From Candidatus Nomurabacteria bacterium (GTDB lineage: Bacteria > Patescibacteriota > Patescibacteriia > HK-STAS-PATE-3), in NCBI GenBank assembly GCA_023898465.1, contig CP060223.1, positions 96,001 to 160,000 of the forward strand: a DNA stretch of 64,000 bases. Reading direction: 5' to 3'. How positions within the stretch are numbered: the first letter of the stretch is position 1; every line of letters begins with the position of its first letter. The notes below the pieces were generated by a model that saw only the letters and a list, made by a program, of their open reading frames with translations, did no database searches and was not told the DNA's origin. Below are positions 60,701 through 64,000 of this stretch, in pieces. The position numbers and the translations under genes are program-made.

Positions 60701-63700
60701 TGGAACTGACTTCTTTAGCTACCCAGCCCCAGTTGATGGAGATAACTCTACCGCAGATGACAATATTCCAGACGGCTGGACACCACGAGCAGTAGGAAGT
60801 ATCGCAATTGATCGCACGCAAGGCCACTTTGATGATGAATCACTTCGGATTGACGCTAGTGGAGTGCGTAGCTATGCGGGCCAGCTTGTTCCAGTTGAAC
60901 AAGGTAAAACCTATGAAGTGAGCGGTTGGGTAAAGAGTCAATTGACTCCAAGTGGTGGTGATACTCCATTTGGCGCACTCATGACCGAATGTGTGTACAG
61001 TGCCAGCCATCCAAATGCTTACGAAACATTTAATCCTTCGGCTGATGAGCCAAGCGAGTGTCTCTTGTCTAACTTCGAAACCTACATTCGTCCTTCAGTT
61101 GAAGACGGTAACAATTATTATGTAACAACTGGGACGAGCGACTGGACTTATCTCCGCTATACCGTGACCGCAAATAATCCTGATATCGGCTTTATGCGAG
61201 TTGCTTGTACAAATGTGTCTCAGGATACAGGAGGCATTCAAGCTGATGGTTCTGGTACGGTTTGGTGTGATGATGTGAAGGTGGTGGAAACTCCACTAAG
61301 TTGTGACCGCGAAGAAGTTGGTTGTCAAAAATATCGACCAGTTGGGGCTGGTGATGCCGTAAATGGCGTAGTGCGTTCCAGCGACATTTGTCCGCTTGAT
61401 CAGGTTGGTTGCCGCCAATTCCGTGAAATGCCGATTGAACATGTGCCTCAGCGTGATGGCATTGATCCAGTCTACATTATTGAAAGTTCGGGAAACCAAT
61501 GTACAGCTGCCAGTGTGGGTTGTGAGGAATACACTAACCTTGACCTGGGTGAGTCAGGCGGAGAAGCCTTAGCGTACTTCTCACAAATTAAACAGTGTGT
61601 GAAGCCGACAGATCCAAACGCAGGTAACTTCTATACTTGGGAAGGTAGCGAACAAGCTGGTTATAACCTTCGTGCATACAAACTTCTCACGAGTAATGTT
61701 GATCAAGGTCCATGTACAAATCTTTCGGTCGGTACAACTACCAGCGATCCAATCTGTGAAGACGATAGCAATCCAATCGCTGAGTGTAGTGTGGATGACC
61801 TAGGCGTGAACCCTGATTGTACTGAATACTTTAACGATTCCGGCGAAGTCTTTTATCGCTTGAAGAGTCGAACAGTCACCGTCTCCAATGATTGTCACCC
61901 ATTCCGTAATTCAATTGACGCAGCTGCAGGTGAGGATAGTGTGTATCACGTGATTCCGAGCGAAGCAGTCACTTGTTCCGCCGCTGCAGCTGGTTGTCGT
62001 CAGTACAAGGGAACAACTGCAGATAGTAGCCGTACCGTCTACAATGAGAATTTTGAAAACGGCTCGGTGAACGGTTGGAGTGGGGGCGTGACCTATTCAA
62101 ATGAGTCAGTTAACTTAGGCGGTCACTCCATGCGCACGAGCGACGACACTCTTTTCTCAATCGATCTCTCAAACACCATTACTAACGGCCGAACCTACAG
62201 TATTCAGTTCTCCTATAAGGCTCGGCAGACCGGTGACCTAGCCTTTCAAATTCGCGATGAGCTAGGCGAGAGCTTTGGCAGCACGGTAGCTATTCGGCCG
62301 GGTGAAGAATGGGCGCAGTATGAGCTCGGACCAGTCTTTGTGAATTCAACCGGCGACCCGACCGAGTTTATCTTAGAATTTACCACTCCTTCAAGCCTAC
62401 CAGGCGGGTGGATCGATAATATTAAATTACGCGAATCAGTTGACAGTATTTATCGTATCAAGGGTACGACCTCGTCCTGTGATCCAGCAAATGCCGGATG
62501 TCGCCTCTATGTTGATAGCGCAAATAGCCCGGTGGCAGTTACCTCATTTAGTCATCTCTGCTCTGATCGGGCAGTCGGCTGTGAGGCAATGACAGTGACG
62601 CAAAATTCAGATTATCCTTTTGTGCAGGATGTACAAGATAATCCTGATAAGTTTATTCAAGGTGATCTGACTCTCGCGTATGTAAACTCCTCAAGCGCTT
62701 ATTGTCGGGCAGAGTACCAGGGCTGTACTGAGTATGGCGTTGCTTCCTATGATCAAAATAATGAAGTACTTGCATGGTCAAGCACGAATTTGATTAATGA
62801 TCCAGACACTTATCCGGTAGCACTTTGTCATCCGAGTCAGAATCGCTGTGAAGAGTACACCGAGAGTATTAGTGGCAGTAAGGCCTATTTCCGCGATCCA
62901 GGCAATCAAACCTGTGAATATCGTGAATCAGCTGCCTATGCTGGATTATTAGTAGACGGTTGGTTTATCACGGGCACAAATGAGCCATGTCCATCACAGT
63001 CGTTGACTTGCTTCGGCGGCACTCTGGCTGGTGAACCGTGTATGACGTCGGATCAGCAGCAAGCTTGTCTAAACAATAATGGCTACTGTATCGCCTATCC
63101 ATTAGACGGAGAAGTGAAAGAGGTAAATCTTATCTGTGGTTCAACCTGTTCAACTGGTGGATCAGTTGGTCAGGCTTGTGTGAATAATGGTCAATGCTCG
63201 AATGTGTGTGTAGGCGGCACGAATGCTGGTGCATCTTGTCTACGCAATGATGATTGTGGTGGAGGTGGTACCTGTGAGATAGGGCAGTGCGGTGATGGTG
63301 GTGTGCGGCCTTTCTGTGATGGTCGTCAAACCGGATCAACTCGACAAGATCAGGAAAATTGTTTGGCTGATGATGGGCTCTGTACGGCCATTCCTCAGGT
63401 AGGTCAGCCAGGGCGAACCTGTCAGGGTGGTCCAAACGACGGCCTGTCTTGTGCCAATGATGCATACTGTTCCAGTGTTTGTGCTGGTGGTACAAATGCT
63501 GATAACGCTTGCTTTAACGATAGCGATTGTCCAGGGAGTACCTGTGGCGTGGAAGCGAGTTGTGCAAATTACTGGGTTGGCACCTGCGAGCCGGCCGCTG
63601 CGGGATGTACGGAATTCCGTGACCCTCTTGATCCGCCGCAACAAGGAGCCTATCCAAATGGTTGTCAGGTGAATTGTACGCTGGCCACTGACCGTAATGA

Positions 63701-63896
63701 TAATCTCATTGAGGTAGATGCTGAGTGTCGACCTGGCTCAACAGCAGCGTCACAACCTGGCTGTCAGCCTTACTACATCTTGCGGCAAAGTATTACTTCG
63801 CAAGTTTCCGAATGTAATTCAACTATTGATTTCACTACCGGGTGTCAGCCATTCTATGACACCGCTAATCCAAATGCTAATTTTATAGGGGGTTAA
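57756..63896 (+). CDS. Giant (2046 aa) secreted Cys-rich protein with a reiterated C-x4-GC-x2-[YF] motif and at least two CBM/galactose-binding-like beta-sandwich domains.
   Basis: Signal/TM at the N-terminus. More than 10 copies of the motif (CDREEVGCQKY, CPLDQVGCRQF, CTAASVGCEEY, CSAAAAGCRQY, CDPANAGCRLY, CSDRAVGCEAM, CPDGAVGCTEL, CNPENAGCRAY...). CBM-like segments around nt 60050-60900 and 62040-62430. Cys-dense C-terminal 350 aa. Confidence 0.85.
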   Translation: MILPSEQSKKKKSVRAIASFLLPMVLLVTVLGVALPRESKAQIGAVGSLAGFIWKEVKDSARYIATQAKAAFEKAQDTSYAIAFKNSLRVFLGKVAEDTAVWVSSAGTGQKPLFITDPHYWRNLTDAAGGDFLDSISKDVFGVSLCEPLDVQKKVQLEIATRNLINPLNVCENSCNTTYNNTAEQLGNMKSYLDLQERKSQASPNALTYCPDEEFLLGISTPDNPNDPSTYGTQMSELECFQLISNNYNRRRQQATSELTSCLQDCNRGSRKSSCTATAVWGNIRDIQDFSVEFQTYFKPEQNDIGQILTLFGLTQQAEEEAKIAEETIQNSKLGAVTSTLRTDILTPASLVEEKAAQPIRESSTIDTTQTGSLLADVGNIFANTLTQRLMERFFRSKCGLNPSACEGPGQTDSKLGSLLFSTRTPSGLAAARLQFASLARIDYTTGDPGRSQIAVSNQLEAQGIINSGFRQAIDEHMTVREALNAGLLNASATFGYDETDNEAENGIPYRSILYLRKYRVVPVGWELAAVYIGSDADRQSHGLGELVDLYDWCGQDAAHGLPNPDDPETPLPSPFCGLVDPSWVLKAPDTYCRRQGAGDEIIQRRYVCDTDTNGDGRINCSLSDLGGGDIGSWIISRNQDTCVDEPSCVAEDSDGNCLAYGYCYEEKPIWRFGGETCNGYYASCRSYTNSSGIQLAYLKDTLDEGDCNPENAGCRAYCSDGEYNAVNQTWSCRSDSGDTIYFDRDASSCPDGAVGCTELIRTEAGSNVLANAGFEYYTGTSDDGTRDTFGFCSNNGAACQTNGDCGLGASCEGWKTDNGAVQLQAVSDDVSGVGSPDTIAVQMSAGVGKLIHEADAYQDLSGMQMTFSYYAKALGASCSGTFGVQSADAIYVPAADEEGSAEYTDLWQQYAGVFTFPESAYTKSKVQAYINNPGCGILVDSAKLEFSAAQTVYSDYQTVNEISMQVPQTTLLSNGDFSLDDGTDFFSYPAPVDGDNSTADDNIPDGWTPRAVGSIAIDRTQGHFDDESLRIDASGVRSYAGQLVPVEQGKTYEVSGWVKSQLTPSGGDTPFGALMTECVYSASHPNAYETFNPSADEPSECLLSNFETYIRPSVEDGNNYYVTTGTSDWTYLRYTVTANNPDIGFMRVACTNVSQDTGGIQADGSGTVWCDDVKVVETPLSCDREEVGCQKYRPVGAGDAVNGVVRSSDICPLDQVGCRQFREMPIEHVPQRDGIDPVYIIESSGNQCTAASVGCEEYTNLDLGESGGEALAYFSQIKQCVKPTDPNAGNFYTWEGSEQAGYNLRAYKLLTSNVDQGPCTNLSVGTTTSDPICEDDSNPIAECSVDDLGVNPDCTEYFNDSGEVFYRLKSRTVTVSNDCHPFRNSIDAAAGEDSVYHVIPSEAVTCSAAAAGCRQYKGTTADSSRTVYNENFENGSVNGWSGGVTYSNESVNLGGHSMRTSDDTLFSIDLSNTITNGRTYSIQFSYKARQTGDLAFQIRDELGESFGSTVAIRPGEEWAQYELGPVFVNSTGDPTEFILEFTTPSSLPGGWIDNIKLRESVDSIYRIKGTTSSCDPANAGCRLYVDSANSPVAVTSFSHLCSDRAVGCEAMTVTQNSDYPFVQDVQDNPDKFIQGDLTLAYVNSSSAYCRAEYQGCTEYGVASYDQNNEVLAWSSTNLINDPDTYPVALCHPSQNRCEEYTESISGSKAYFRDPGNQTCEYRESAAYAGLLVDGWFITGTNEPCPSQSLTCFGGTLAGEPCMTSDQQQACLNNNGYCIAYPLDGEVKEVNLICGSTCSTGGSVGQACVNNGQCSNVCVGGTNAGASCLRNDDCGGGGTCEIGQCGDGGVRPFCDGRQTGSTRQDQENCLADDGLCTAIPQVGQPGRTCQGGPNDGLSCANDAYCSSVCAGGTNADNACFNDSDCPGSTCGVEASCANYWVGTCEPAAAGCTEFRDPLDPPQQGAYPNGCQVNCTLATDRNDNLIEVDAECRPGSTAASQPGCQPYYILRQSITSQVSECNSTIDFTTGCQPFYDTANPNANFIGG

Positions 63897-63897
63897 T

Positions 63898-64000
63898 ATG
63901 CATAATGCGCAGAAAGGAATTTTTACTCGATTCTCGATAAGCTTGGTTGCGGTTGCTACCCTCGCATTATTTGGAATTATAGGGTGGAGTGCGCCTACGC
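63898..64000 (+). CDS. Start of a further secreted/membrane protein, truncated by the window end.
   Basis: MHNAQKGIFTRFSISLVAVATLALFGIIGW... has a signal-peptide-like N-terminus. Confidence 0.4.
   Translation, partial: MHNAQKGIFTRFSISLVAVATLALFGIIGWSAPT

Overview
Bacterial chromosomal window of about 64 kb with mixed GC content. Most of it is roughly 45-50% GC, but an 8.5 kb block at about 730-9330 is roughly 60% GC. Housekeeping content that I recognise with confidence: rpoD and dnaG as an operon on the minus strand, groES-groEL behind a sigma70 promoter and a perfect CIRCE operator, ppsA, flavodoxin, tRNA-Asn(GTT), tRNA-Ser(GGA), trxB, HU, a DksA/TraR-family gene, lspA, comM/yifB, an M23/LysM peptidase, leuS, tsaC/yrdC, rsmA/ksgA, an ABC exporter, a Trx-CcdA fusion, and NUDIX, VOC, MBL, EamA and MFS genes. 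The high-GC block carries its own promoters and intrinsic terminators and encodes a duplicated envelope module. That module is two paralogous proteins ending in a C-terminal Phe beta-barrel, each followed by a large lipoprotein, then two proteins that share a roughly 120 aa C-terminal domain of unknown function, followed by a short TonB-C-domain protein. This is the best candidate for an undescribed surface system. Other notable items follow. LeuRS carries a ~385 aa insertion containing a YdeN/RBBP9-like serine hydrolase domain and a Ham1/ITPase-like domain, immediately before the CP1 editing domain. A candidate cobalamin riboswitch (promoter, GGTGAAAATCC core, terminator) leads a DUF4430 surface protein. 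A 2046 aa secreted Cys-rich giant protein carries a reiterated C-x(4)-GC-x2-[YF] motif and CBM-like domains. A NUDIX gene is duplicated around a 936 bp AT-rich insertion, leaving a frameshifted second copy. A partial 5' copy of tRNA-Ser lies 300 bp from the intact gene. An ltrA-like gene carries a 1-nt frameshift. A 715 bp GC-rich non-coding region contains several long hairpins. I found no CRISPR array, transposase or integrase.
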